Position numbers and translations under genes: made by a program. A stretch of 64,000 nt of DNA from an uncultured virus (IMG/VR IMGVR_UViG_3300016371_000006) (taxonomy: Duplodnaviria > Heunggongvirae > Uroviricota > Caudoviricetes). The notes under the pieces are model-generated. The model did no database searches, was not told the origin of the DNA, and was given only the letters and a program-made list of their open reading frames with translations. This document shows positions 48,681 through 59,491 of the stretch, one piece after another. Every line of letters starts with the position of its first letter. Positions within the stretch are counted from its first letter, which is position 1. The DNA lies in IMG/VR virus record IMGVR_UViG_3300016371_000006; one strand, written 5' to 3'.

Positions 48681-49442
48681 TTAGGCGACCACCGCCTGCG
48701 CCTTGCCGTTGCTGCGCGGGGCCGCGACCTTGGGGACCTCGACCTCGGCCTCGATCCCGGCGATCCCGGCCATCACGTCGATCGCGGTCTGCGCACCGGC
48801 GATGCGGTCGGTGAACCGGGCCAGGTCCTCCGGCGACAGGTCGGCGATGTGGTTGACGACCTCGTCGATCGCGACCAGGGCCGCGTCGACCAGCTCGGAC
48901 GGCGAGCTGGGCTGCGACTGCTCGCCCTGCTCGGGCACGGAGCCCGCCTCGACCGGAGCGTTGGCGGCCTCCTCGGCGGCCTTTTTGTCGGCCTCCTTCT
49001 TGGCCGCGCGCTTCTGGGCCGCGGTGGGCTTGCCCTGCAACTCCTGGTTGACGTCGTGGATGTAACCACGGCTCCAGCCGGTGGCCGCCGCGACGCTGCG
49101 CACGGACTCCTTCACCAGCAGGCGCTTGAGCAGCTCCTTGGTGAAGATTTCCTTGACCAGCTCCAGGTCCTTGGTGCGGTCCTTGTACCACTCGCCCCAG
49201 TTCTTGAACTGGTTGCCCTCGGCGTCGGTCACGCGCGGGTCCTCGTGGATGTTGGACCAGAAGGTGTCCAGCGCCAGCCCGAGGAACGCGGCCGCGTTCT
49301 TCTCCTCGCGCTTGCCCTGCGCCTGGAACGCCTTGTCCAGTTCCAGCCGGTCGAGCGCGACGGGCTTGCCGTCGACCTCGCCGAACGGGACCATCACGAC
49401 GACGGGAGCCTCGGCCTCGGTGTTCTTCTTCGATGTACCCAT
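48681..49442 (-). CDS. Hypothetical HTH-containing early protein (paralog A)
   Basis: SVRSVAAATGWSRGYIHDVNQELQGKPT. Confidence 0.7.
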   Translation of the reverse strand: MGTSKKNTEAEAPVVVMVPFGEVDGKPVALDRLELDKAFQAQGKREEKNAAAFLGLALDTFWSNIHEDPRVTDAEGNQFKNWGEWYKDRTKDLELVKEIFTKELLKRLLVKESVRSVAAATGWSRGYIHDVNQELQGKPTAAQKRAAKKEADKKAAEEAANAPVEAGSVPEQGEQSQPSSPSELVDAALVAIDEVVNHIADLSPEDLARFTDRIAGAQTAIDVMAGIAGIEAEVEVPKVAAPRSNGKAQAVVA

Positions 49443-50022
49443 GATGTTTCTCCTTCGTGGGAGTTGTGGGGCGGTGTCCACCGCGGTGGACACGTTCCCG
49501 GTTTTTCCTGCCCAATTCGGGCATTAAGTACATTATGCCATATTCGGTACGTTATGTCAAATGGACTAACCCGAAATGAATGCGCAATGGTGTCCACGCC
49601 GCGGACACTGCGGCCTGTCAAAACAGGGCTGTCAAGCGGGCAAAAAAAGAGCCCCGCGCCGAATGTGGCGCGGGGCTCTTGGTGTGGGCGTCACCCGCCG
49701 TGCGTGCTGCTGGTGCAGCCCGCCGGGTTCAGCTGCGCGGCGCAGGTGACCACGGAGCTGGTGGCCGCGGGTGCGGCCGGGGCGCTGTGCGCGGGTGCGC
49801 TGTGCGCCGGTGCGGAGTGACTGGTGGCGCCCAGCAGCACCGCCAGCGTGGCCGCCGGTGCGACGACGCCGCCCAGGACTAGCTTGATGGTGCGGTTCAT
49901 GATCGTTCCTTTCGTGGGGTGGTTTTCAACTTCAACTACCAGTATACGCTTTTTAATGGCTATGTCAAATGGACTTAACCACCGTGGTGGGGGTTCCACG
50001 CTGCGGTGTCAAGGCCCGACAC

Positions 50023-50110
50023 GGAGGGGTCCACCCCGCGGAGGGGTCCCTCCTGCGGAGGGGTCCCTCCTTTGCGGAGGGGTCCCTCCTAAATAAAGGA
50101 GGGGTCCATC
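50023..50110. repeat. Short tandem repeats of GGAGGGGTCC
   Basis: About five copies spaced ~17-22 nt apart in an intergenic gap. Confidence 0.6.
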
Positions 50111-51892
50111 CTTTTTCGGCAGGGGGACCCTAACGGAACTCGAAGAACTTCGCCCGGCCACCGTGGTGAGGGCACAAAAAAACCCCGCACGCTTTCGCGT
50201 GCGGGGTTTTCTCGTGTGCGGGCTAGTCGTCGGGGTCCTCGTCCTCGTCGGGCGGGCAGTCGCAGAACCCGCGCCCGTCGCGGTCGTGGAGCTGACCCCG
50301 ATCACATATCCAGGTGTCATCCCAAGCGCCCATGACGTTGCTCCTTTCTAGTCGCTGATGCTGTTGCGCGTCTCGACGAGCGCCACGCTGTTGAGGTGGC
50401 CGAGGTCGGGGTCGAACCACAGATAGCTGGTGTCGATGCGCCCGTTCGCGCTGCGCCAGCTGTACTCGATGACCCAGCCCGGCGCGTCGGCGTGGCTGGA
50501 CTCGACGGTGGCGAGCGTGCCGTTGACCACGATGAGGTCGCCCTGGATCACGGCCTCGGGAGCGGCGCTCATGTTGATGTAGTTCACGCGATCACCTCGG
50601 TGTCGCACTCGCCGCAGTAGGCCGCGTCCAGCGCGACGAGCGCACCGCAGAACTTGCACTCGCCGACCTCCTGCGTGCGGCCGATGACCAGCTCGGCCCA
50701 GGTGGCGCCAGCCGTGTCTTCGAGTTCCTCGCTGGGCACATAGGTGCCCAGGTAGGTGTCCTCGCCACCCTCGGGCGCGGTGTAGTCGGCGCTCATGCCG
50801 CGTCACCGCCCTGGCTGGCCGCGCGCAGCGCGAGCGCGAGCGTCCAGTCGGGCCGCGCCGGTGCGCTGATCGCGGTCAGGCCGCGCGTCGCGCGCTGGTA
50901 GGCGCGGTCGGTGGTGATGCGGTCGGCCGCGTCGAGCACGGCCTCGCGCCGGGTGTGCGCCGCCTGGTTGAGCGCGCCCGCATCGAGCGGGGTCGCCTGG
51001 CGCGGCTTGCGCGCCTGCGGCGTGTTCTTGCGGTTGTTCTTGCGAGCCATTTCTGGCCCCTTTCTTTTCGTGGGATTCGCCGGTGTCCACGGGCGTGGAC
51101 ACGGCGGGCGGTCGTTGGGCGAAAGCTCAACTTCCAACTACATTGTACCCTTGTTTGTACCCTTATGTCAAATGGACTAAATAGGTGAGCGAGCCCAGCG
51201 GCCCCGAGCTGGCGTGTCCACGCGGCGGACACGGCGCTGCGCCTCGATGCGGCCGGTGCGCAAACGGGTCGGCCCGGGAGCGCGGGCGCTGGCCGCGGGC
51301 GCGGACATCCCGATACGGCGCGCGCACATCCCGATACGGCGCGCGCACATCCCGGGAGCGCGGCGCTGCGCTCGCCCGGCCCGGGAGCGCGCGATCCGCG
51401 ATCCGCGATCCACGGTGCCGCGATGCCCGGAGCGCCGGAGCGCGGAGCCCGGGAGCCGGGAGCCGGTATCCACGGGCGTGGACACGTTGCCGGCCGCCAG
51501 GCCGCCGGCGACGGACATCCCGACGCGGCACACGCCTGGCGCGTGCGCGCGGCGCGGCGCGGGAAAAAGGGCAAAAAAAAGGCAGACGTGTCCACCGGGG
51601 TGGACACGTCTGCCTTTTCGGGTTAGCTATTGGCGCAACCGTTTCGCCCGCACGACTGACCAGCGGAATACGTGCGGTAGTCGGCACGCTGGAATTTCCA
51701 GCCGTGCGACTGTGCTGGAGTGCTGATCTTGTGTTCCTGATAGCGGGTGCCATCGCCCCCAACATAGGAACGTTCGACGTGAACGCACGTCGCGCGTGCG
51801 TCCTGCCATGTTTCGTACTGCATTGCATTGACCTCTCAGAGTGAGAAGCTCCGCCCGCCCGCTAGGCGGGCGGGCGGAGCTTGGTTGTGGTG

Positions 51893-52702
51893 CTAGGCGC
51901 TGACCTTGACGGGCGCGGCAGGCTTGGGCGCGGCAGGCTTGGGAGCCTGATTTGCCTTGACTTCTGCGAGCCGTGCCGTTTCCGTGTGCGTCTTGGTCAT
52001 ATTGCTAGCCGTGCGGAATTGCTTGTCCGCACTTGTGAGCCACAGAGCGAGCGTTTCCGCATCCATGTCAGCAACGACATCGACGCACTTGGCAGCGAGC
52101 GGAATCATGGCAGCAACCAAGCGAGCGGCATACGCTTGCTTGCTTTCCTCGCTGCCCTGATCGGTAATCTCCAGCTTGGGAGTACCGGCAGGCGATTCCG
52201 CAGGCGTACCTGGAGCCGGAGTCTTGGCTTGCTTCTCCGCTGCCGTCTTACGGGCGGCACGCTTCTGCTTTTCGGTCGGCTTGCCTTGCCTCTCTTGGTT
52301 CACGTCATGGACGTAACCACGGCTCCAGCCTGTCAAGCCTTGGACTAACCGAACGGAGTACGGCGTACCATCCTCGTGAACCATGCTGAGTAGTTTCTTG
52401 ACGACGGCCTTGGAGAACATTTCCTTGGACGTTGGGTAGTCCTTGAGGATGAACGCAAACCACGCGGCGAAGTCTTTGAACGGATTGCCGTTCGCATCCT
52501 TGATACGCGGGTCTGCGGTGATGTTGCACCAAAAGGCATCGTTCAACAGAGTAAGAATGATGTTGTTCTCATTCTCAGCCTTGGGCAGTCGCTTCAGAAT
52601 GTCCTTTTGAAGCGCAAGCCTGTCGATGGTGTGACCCTTACCGAACGGCACTGCCGTGTCAGTGTTGGTCTTACCAGCCACAGAACCTTGTGAAGTGGAC
52701 AT
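51893..52702 (-). CDS. Hypothetical HTH-containing early protein (paralog B)
   Basis: SVRLVQGLTGWSRGYVHDVNQERQGKPT; lower-GC codons. Confidence 0.7.
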   Translation of the reverse strand: MSTSQGSVAGKTNTDTAVPFGKGHTIDRLALQKDILKRLPKAENENNIILTLLNDAFWCNITADPRIKDANGNPFKDFAAWFAFILKDYPTSKEMFSKAVVKKLLSMVHEDGTPYSVRLVQGLTGWSRGYVHDVNQERQGKPTEKQKRAARKTAAEKQAKTPAPGTPAESPAGTPKLEITDQGSEESKQAYAARLVAAMIPLAAKCVDVVADMDAETLALWLTSADKQFRTASNMTKTHTETARLAEVKANQAPKPAAPKPAAPVKVSA

Positions 52703-53571
52703 ATCTATCTCATTCCTGAGTTAGTGGTCAGGTCGTGATGCCGCACACTCGGGATTGAGTGCCGCCATACCTGACCAGCCAATTTAGAACCACTATTTAG
52801 TTCGTTCGCAGTGGGCTTTTGTCCCATTCCAGCAGGTGATCGTTACTGCTGACTTCCTCCCCCTGTCGGGGCGGGTGCCTTACGAATTTTTAGTTATACG
52901 TCGTTTCTATCACACCCGCGCGCATGAGTCAAACGGAACTATCGGCAGGCGGCAGGCGGGCGGGTGGCACCCGGGCGAGCACGGGCGGGAGGGGGGCCGC
53001 GGGCGGGCGGGCGGCAGCGGGGGGGGGGCGGGGGGGCGGGCGGTGTCGGGCGGGCGGGCGGGCGAGGTCAGGCGGGCGGCAGTAGTGAACGCGCGCGTTC
53101 ACTCTGTACGCCATTCTGCCGAATCGCCCACCTGCGAATATGCCGCGCTAGGGTAATTGGCTACGGTTTGCGTTTCCGCTGGTCAGGGCATTGCGGCCGA
53201 ACGCTTAGAATCGCGTACAGAGTGAACGCTGGCGTTCACTACATGACGCGATTTGTTTGCTACTCGCCGGTAACACGTCGCCACCTGCGACGTGTTGACA
53301 GGCTAACAAGTTTGCTGGAATCGCTCCGCGATGCCAGCAAACTTGCGCGAGCCGCTGACCTGCGGCTCGCGCGATGTGGCAAAGTCTCCGCGGCCGAGGG
53401 CCGCGGGAGCGGTAGCTCGTGATTTCACTCCCCGAAACAGCGAATTTTCCCCGCAACCCCGCGCCGCCCGATGGGTGTGCGAATTGCCGTTATGGCATTA
53501 AGCTACGCCCTTGCGGCACAACGGCTTTCAACGGTTTGCTAGGGGCGAAAGGTGTTGCAGCAGGCCAGGTT

Positions 53572-54060
53572 TCAGGCGTGTTTGTGGGTGCGGTTATAGC
53601 GGTCGCGGGCACGCTCACGGGCCCGGATCAGCTCGCCGTTACGTCGGCGGTACTCACGGTGGTAATCGGTGCGTTGGCTAGTGGCGCCAGCGGTTTGACC
53701 TGTTCCGTTTCTGTGGCGGCCGTGCTGCACCTTGGCTTGTTCGTTGGCGACGGCGGTCTTCCAGCTCAGGTTGTTTAGCGTGTTGTTGATCTTGTTGTCG
53801 TCGGCGTGGCAGCCGTGTATCCGCCCTGGTGGTCGGGGCCCGACCCATGCCTCGAGGATCAGGTCATGGACGTAGCGGAACTTCCCGCCGACGTTAACGC
53901 GCAGGTAGCCCTTCTCGTTGGGAAAGGGTTTCAGGAGCTTGCCTAGGCGTCGTTCCGTGCGGCCGTTGCTTTTCCTGATGGTTCGGTCGATGCTGCGGAT
54001 TCGTCCGTGGTCGCTGGCTTGGTATCCGGGTGCGCCGGGTATACCTTTCCACCGCTCCAT
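53572..54060 (-). CDS. NUMOD4 + HNH endonuclease
   Basis: ERWKGIPG..GYQASDHGRIRSIDR, VHDLILEAW, CHADDNKINN. Confidence 0.85.
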   Translation of the reverse strand: MERWKGIPGAPGYQASDHGRIRSIDRTIRKSNGRTERRLGKLLKPFPNEKGYLRVNVGGKFRYVHDLILEAWVGPRPPGRIHGCHADDNKINNTLNNLSWKTAVANEQAKVQHGRHRNGTGQTAGATSQRTDYHREYRRRNGELIRARERARDRYNRTHKHA

Positions 54061-54916
54061 GCCGGGTGTATATCACTGGGGTCCGACAGTGTCCACCCGC
54101 GGACACTTCTCGACGATCGCGAACACTCCGGCGACCGGGGTGGGCGGCTCGCCCGTGTCCAGCAGTGCCATCAGGGCCTTGTCGACGTGCAGGCGGCAGG
54201 CGGCCAGCTCGGAATCCTTGACCCCGGCCTGATGCATTCGCCACTTGGCGGCCTTGTGGCACACGAAGCACCCGTCCAGGCGCTCGGTCATGGCCTGTAC
54301 CTTGGCGGGGACTTCGGCAAGCTCGGCCCACTCCCAGTGCGGGTCTTGCAGCCCCACGGGCAGTTCTCGTCCGGTGCGATGTCGGTGCGGCCGCAGAAGG
54401 TACAGGGCGGATGGGCCTTCAGTGGGCACAGTGCGTGCACCTCGCGGTGGCTGATGACGTGGAACCAGCCGACGCCGGCGTAGTCGTCGTTGCCGTCGAT
54501 GTCGGTGTCGAGCAGCAGCTGCACGATCGGCCCGTGGCAGTCGGGGCAGGTGGAGCGGTCGACGATGGTGTAGCCCATCATGGCACCCATTGGCCGGTCA
54601 GCCTGTCGAGGCAACAGCACAGGCCTTCGTTCCAGGCGTTGCAGTGGTGATTGTGCTCGTCGGACTCCATCCAATCCTTCAGTGCCTCAAGGTCGGTCAC
54701 GGTGATGCCGGGGATCGGCAGTGTCACGCGTTTCATGGCGCCCATCAGTTCATGTTCTCTTTGAGCAGGCCGCGGCTGTCCAGCCAGCGGCGCAGGCCGA
54801 CGATGTCGGCGTGGCACTGGCGGCAGGCCTCGTGCGGGAACTCGATGCCGAGCATCGGTTCGTTCTCGTCGTAGAAGACCTTGACGCCGTGCTCGGTGGT
54901 GGTGAGCAGCTCCATG

Positions 54917-55162
54917 TCAGGTCGCGTTGAAGCCCAGGGCGCCGTTGAGCGGCGCGATGGCGGTGCTGGTGGGCGCGAGCCGCGGGCCTTCGAAGGTCTG
55001 CTCGGCGACGGCCCCGTTCTTATCCAGGGCGGCTATGGTGACCCGCTCGACGGTGTGGCCGTAGTAGAAGTGGACCGAGACGGCGGCGCCCTCGAAGCCG
55101 GTGGCCTTGTCGCGATAGGACGCCCCGAGCACGATGGGGGTTTCGTGGGTTGGCATGGCGTC
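54917..55162 (-). CDS. Small hypothetical protein
   Basis: LGASYRDKATGFEG motif. Confidence 0.5.
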   Translation of the reverse strand, partial: DAMPTHETPIVLGASYRDKATGFEGAAVSVHFYYGHTVERVTIAALDKNGAVAEQTFEGPRLAPTSTAIAPLNGALGFNAT

Positions 55163-56577
55163 CATAATGATCCTGTGGGCGAGCGGTTGTACAGCTTGTC
55201 GGCCGGCGAGCGGGACCATCTGATCGTGACGCTGCGGGCCAAGGGCTGGTCACTGTCCAAGATCGCGGCCCGGGTGGGCATGAGCCGCTCCGGCGTGCTG
55301 CACGCGCTCGAGCGCATCGAGCGCGGTGACCCCGGGGTGGACCGGCGCGGCGTCTAGGCGACGGCCACCGACGTGGCGGTGGTGGTGACCTGGGTTTCCC
55401 AGAAGTCTCCGCTGGCAACGGCTTCGACGCTGTTGAGCCAGTTGCGCAGCGCCAGCACGGTGCATGGGGTAGTCAGGGTGGGGTGGGTGACGGGCTTGTG
55501 GGCGAGCTGTTCGGTTTCGGGCATGGGCACATTCTCGCGCGTGGGAGGCGCGACACGCCGCAGCGCCACGCCACACTGTGGATTTCACAGCGTGCTGCTA
55601 ACGTGAGGCTGTGGCCGAGAAGTCGGGCCCGCCCCACGAAGGCAACTTGCCGTATCCGCCCGGCGGGCCGTATCACATCGTGAACAAATTCGTCGGCAAG
55701 CACCTGGGCCCGTTCACCACCGAACTCGACGGCATCCTCGCGCGCACGCTGTCTGACGACATGAGCTGGCGCAGCGCCGAAGTGATGAACTACGAGGCGT
55801 TCAAGGCGTGGCTGCACAGCCCGGTCAAGGAAGGGGATCTGTGATGAGTGAACCGACACCGCCGGCACCGCCCAAGGCGCCGCAGACTGCGGCCGGACGC
55901 GAGCAGGCCCGCCGCGTCGCCGAGCGCAAGGCGAAGGAGGACGCGAAGTCGCGGCGCATCTGGTGCGCCTACAACGCCGACGGCTCCTCGTTCGTGCTGT
56001 TCGGTCAGAAGATGCAGGCGTTGGAGTACGCGATCGAACACCACCACGACGGCTGCAAGGCGGTGGAGTTCGGCGTTCCGCTGTTGGATCAGATCACATG
56101 ACGCAGTTCATCGTGGAGTCGGTGCTCTGCTTCCTGGGTGGTGTCGTGATGGGCGCGGCGATCGTGATGAGCTATCGGGTGCAGCAACGGAGGCAGCGCA
56201 AATGAGTCACGCGGAGCGCGCCCGGCGCGACGTGGTGGCGATGATGGACCGCTGGCACGAGATCCAGAAGCCGATCGCGCAGAGCGATCCGGTGCTGTGG
56301 GAGATCATCACCAAGCTGGTGGGCGCCAACATCAGCCTGTTGCGCGCGATCGAGGAGGTCGAGGCCCGCCCGTGGTGGAAACGGCGCAGATACAACCCGT
56401 ATGCGAGGTGAGTGATGAGTGGAATACAGGGATACCGCTGCGGCACTTGCGGTTTCGAGACGATGAACCTGAGAAACCTGGCGTGCGGGCACTGGTCGCA
56501 CTGCCCGCACTACGCCGCGGCGAAAGAGGCGGGCACCTTGCCGCCCGAGTCGGAGCGGCCCCGATCGGACGTGCCTT

Positions 56578-56892
56578 ATGCCCGATGACTACCGCATCCT
56601 GCGCTACCCGCTGGAGCTGACCGAGTATCAGGAGCTGTCCATCGGCTGGCCGGCCGAGGTGCTCACGGTGGCGATCGGCAAGGACGGCGACATCGACCTG
56701 TGGGCGATGGTCCTCGACGAGCAGGATTCCCGCCACGACCCGGTGACGGTGCCGATCTACATCGTGGGCACCGGGCACCCGATGCCGCGGGAGATCGAGC
56801 CGGACAATCTCGGCGCGTTCAGTAGCTACCTGGGCACCGTGGTGATGGACCGCTACGTGTGGCACATCTTCACCGGGCGGCAGCGCACATGA
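56578..56892 (+). CDS. Hypothetical protein
   Basis: ILRYPL...LWAMV...IYIVGTGHP...YLGTV...VWHIF. Confidence 0.65.
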   Translation: MPDDYRILRYPLELTEYQELSIGWPAEVLTVAIGKDGDIDLWAMVLDEQDSRHDPVTVPIYIVGTGHPMPREIEPDNLGAFSSYLGTVVMDRYVWHIFTGRQRT

Positions 56893-57284
56893 ACCGCGAC
56901 CGCATCGACATCGCCGCCATCCACAAGCGGCTGGGGCATCAGTGGGAGAAGCCATCGGCGTGGAGCTGGGACGGACAGGAGTCCGAGGACGCCTGGTTCA
57001 TCCTGGGCCCGGGCGGCAAGGGAATCATCGTGTCGATCGACCCGGCCAGCGAGCCGGGCACCGACTGGCTGCACGCGTCGGTCAGTTACCGGATGCAGGC
57101 CCGCGTCCCGAGCTACTCCGACCTGAAAGAGCTGCACCGCGCGGTGTTCGGCGACGGGCACGCCTATCAGTGCTTCGTGCCGCCCGAGCAGCACATCAAC
57201 ATCCGCAGCAACGTGCTGCACCTGTGGGGGCGCCTGGACGGCAAGCCGGCGCTGCCCGACTTCGGGAGGTTCGGAACGATATGA
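56889..57284 (+). CDS. Hypothetical protein
   Basis: WLHASVS...PSYSDL...HINIRSNVLHLW. Confidence 0.65.
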   Translation: MNRDRIDIAAIHKRLGHQWEKPSAWSWDGQESEDAWFILGPGGKGIIVSIDPASEPGTDWLHASVSYRMQARVPSYSDLKELHRAVFGDGHAYQCFVPPEQHINIRSNVLHLWGRLDGKPALPDFGRFGTI

Positions 57285-59188
57285 CGACACCCAAGGATCG
57301 GCAACGTTTATCTATGAAAGGAACTAACGATGGGCAAACAACTCGACCAGGTGCTCGCAGAGTCCAAGCAATGCCTTCGAGCGGTTGACGATCCACGCAA
57401 CTGGCCCAGCCCCGCCGCTCAGGCGCTCAAACTGCTGGTCGCCTATATCGAGGACGGGAGTCGGCGCTAGCGTGGCGGATCTGGCGAATATGAGCGACGA
57501 GGAATTGGAGCGCCGAATCATGGTGGTGCTCAAGCGCAACTGCGACAAGACGGGCCGTCCCTATCCGGCCAAGCTGGTCGCCTATCTGGAGAGGCAGCGG
57601 CGATGATGACCGTCGAACACATCACCGGCACCGGGGAAACCCACCGCTTCCTGGGCCGCCCCAGGGTGTTCTTCCTGGCCTACTGCGGGGACTGCTGGCC
57701 GGACCGCTGGGCGCCGATGCCGTTCGCCACCGAGCGTGAGCGCGACGCGTGGGCGCACCAGCACGGCACGGGCCCGCTGTCCAGCGATCACAAGATCGAG
57801 ATGAGCGTGGAGGTGCGCTGTTGAGACTGCGGTGTCTGTTCGGGAGCCATGACTGGCAGGTCCACCGGCGGATCGAGCCGCCGCGCGAGTGGGCCGACAT
57901 GCCGGTGTTCGCGCTCAAGCGGTGCGTGCACTGCGGGACGGAGAACTACGACATGGTCTGGCCGGACGGGGCGATCACATGAGCGAGGCGCAGATGGTGC
58001 GGGCCGAGTGGGACGTGACCCGGCTGCTGCTGGAGAACCACCAGCACGCCGGCCGCCAGCTCTCGGGCAACTGCACCTGCGGGTTCGCCGGCGAGTACCT
58101 GCCCGCCTACCTGGACCACCTGACCGACGTGCTGATGGGGGTGCAGATTGACTAAGTCGACCGAGTCGACGTGCAAGCACTGCCACCAGCCGATCCAGCT
58201 GATCAGCACCCACAAGCTGGACCCCGGCCAGTGGTATCACCTGGACGGGCATCACGCGCACCGGGAGTGCCGCAACGTGCTGGCCGAACCGGTGGATGAA
58301 CGTGGGGTCGGGGAGCTACAGGAACCCAAGGGCACGGCGAAGGGCTCCCCGACCCCTCCTACGGCCGAGAGCAGGCTGTCCGCAGCCGAGGAGTTGCGCC
58401 AGGTCCTCGACACCCCTGATTCCCCCTGGATGGTGGGCGAGACGATGAGCCGCGCCGAGTTCATGGACAAGCTGATCCCGAGGAACCCCGATGACTAAGG
58501 ACTACCCGCACACCGAGCAGTACCCGCACGTCACCTGCCCGGTCTGCCACATGACCAGCTACAACCCGCACGACATCGAGTGGGGGTACTGCGGCAACTG
58601 CCACGGCTACACCTCCTCGGTGGATCCGATGGAGCGGGCCCGCCGATTCCTGCGAGAGAGTGAAGGGAAGCCACCTTATGACGCCGACGTGTAGGCACGG
58701 ATTCAACCCGGAAACCACCATGCCCGAACACCTGCGCGAGCAGTTCCCCACCTGCAAGGCCTGCGAATGGGAGGCGGCGCATCCCGTGGCGCGGTTCGTC
58801 CTCGAGCACCCGACGTGGGGGCTGCGGTTGAGCGTGTTCAGCGCGGCGCTCTCGGCGCTCGCGCTAATCCTGGCGGTCGGCGTCGTGGCGAGGTGGTGGT
58901 GAGCATCATTGAGTATTACCTGATCTACGTCGCGATCACCGTTCCCGGCTGCATCGCGACCGGCTGGTGGCTGGGCAACAAGTGGCGCCACCGGCGGCAG
59001 CGGCGCGCGGTGCGCGCACGTCAGCGGCTCGGCCGCCAGTGGCTCAAAGAGAACCCGGACCGCCCGCACCGTGACGACCCGCCGTTCGGCGGGGTGCTGT
59101 GACGTGTCCCGTCCAGCAGTGGTGTCCGTATCCGCTGGCCTGCTTCGTGCACCAGGGATGCATCGTCGAGTGCCGAGAAGGAGGAAGA

Positions 59189-59491
59189 ATGGTCGAACAC
59201 AGCAGGGCCCTGGGCGAGAGCGGCCAGTGGGCCGACCCCGGCGAGGCGAAACCGCAGGCCGCGTTCATCACCGGGTCGCTGCCGCGGCGGTTCGTGCTGA
59301 ACCGGACCGAGGACCCTTCCGGCACCTCCGGGGTGGGGGTGGTGGCCGAGGGAGTGGCGTTCACCGACGGCACGGTGGCGCTGCGCTGGATCGTGGCGCT
59401 GCGGTCCACAGCTGTGTACAACTCTGTGGATGACCTGGTCGCCATCCACGGCCATGACGGCGCCACCACCGTGGTCTGGGCCGATGAATAG
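59189..59491 (+). CDS. Hypothetical protein
   Basis: RFVLNRTEDPSGTSGVGVVAEGVAFTDG...IHGHDGAT, a common phage motif. Confidence 0.7.
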   Translation: MVEHSRALGESGQWADPGEAKPQAAFITGSLPRRFVLNRTEDPSGTSGVGVVAEGVAFTDGTVALRWIVALRSTAVYNSVDDLVAIHGHDGATTVVWADE

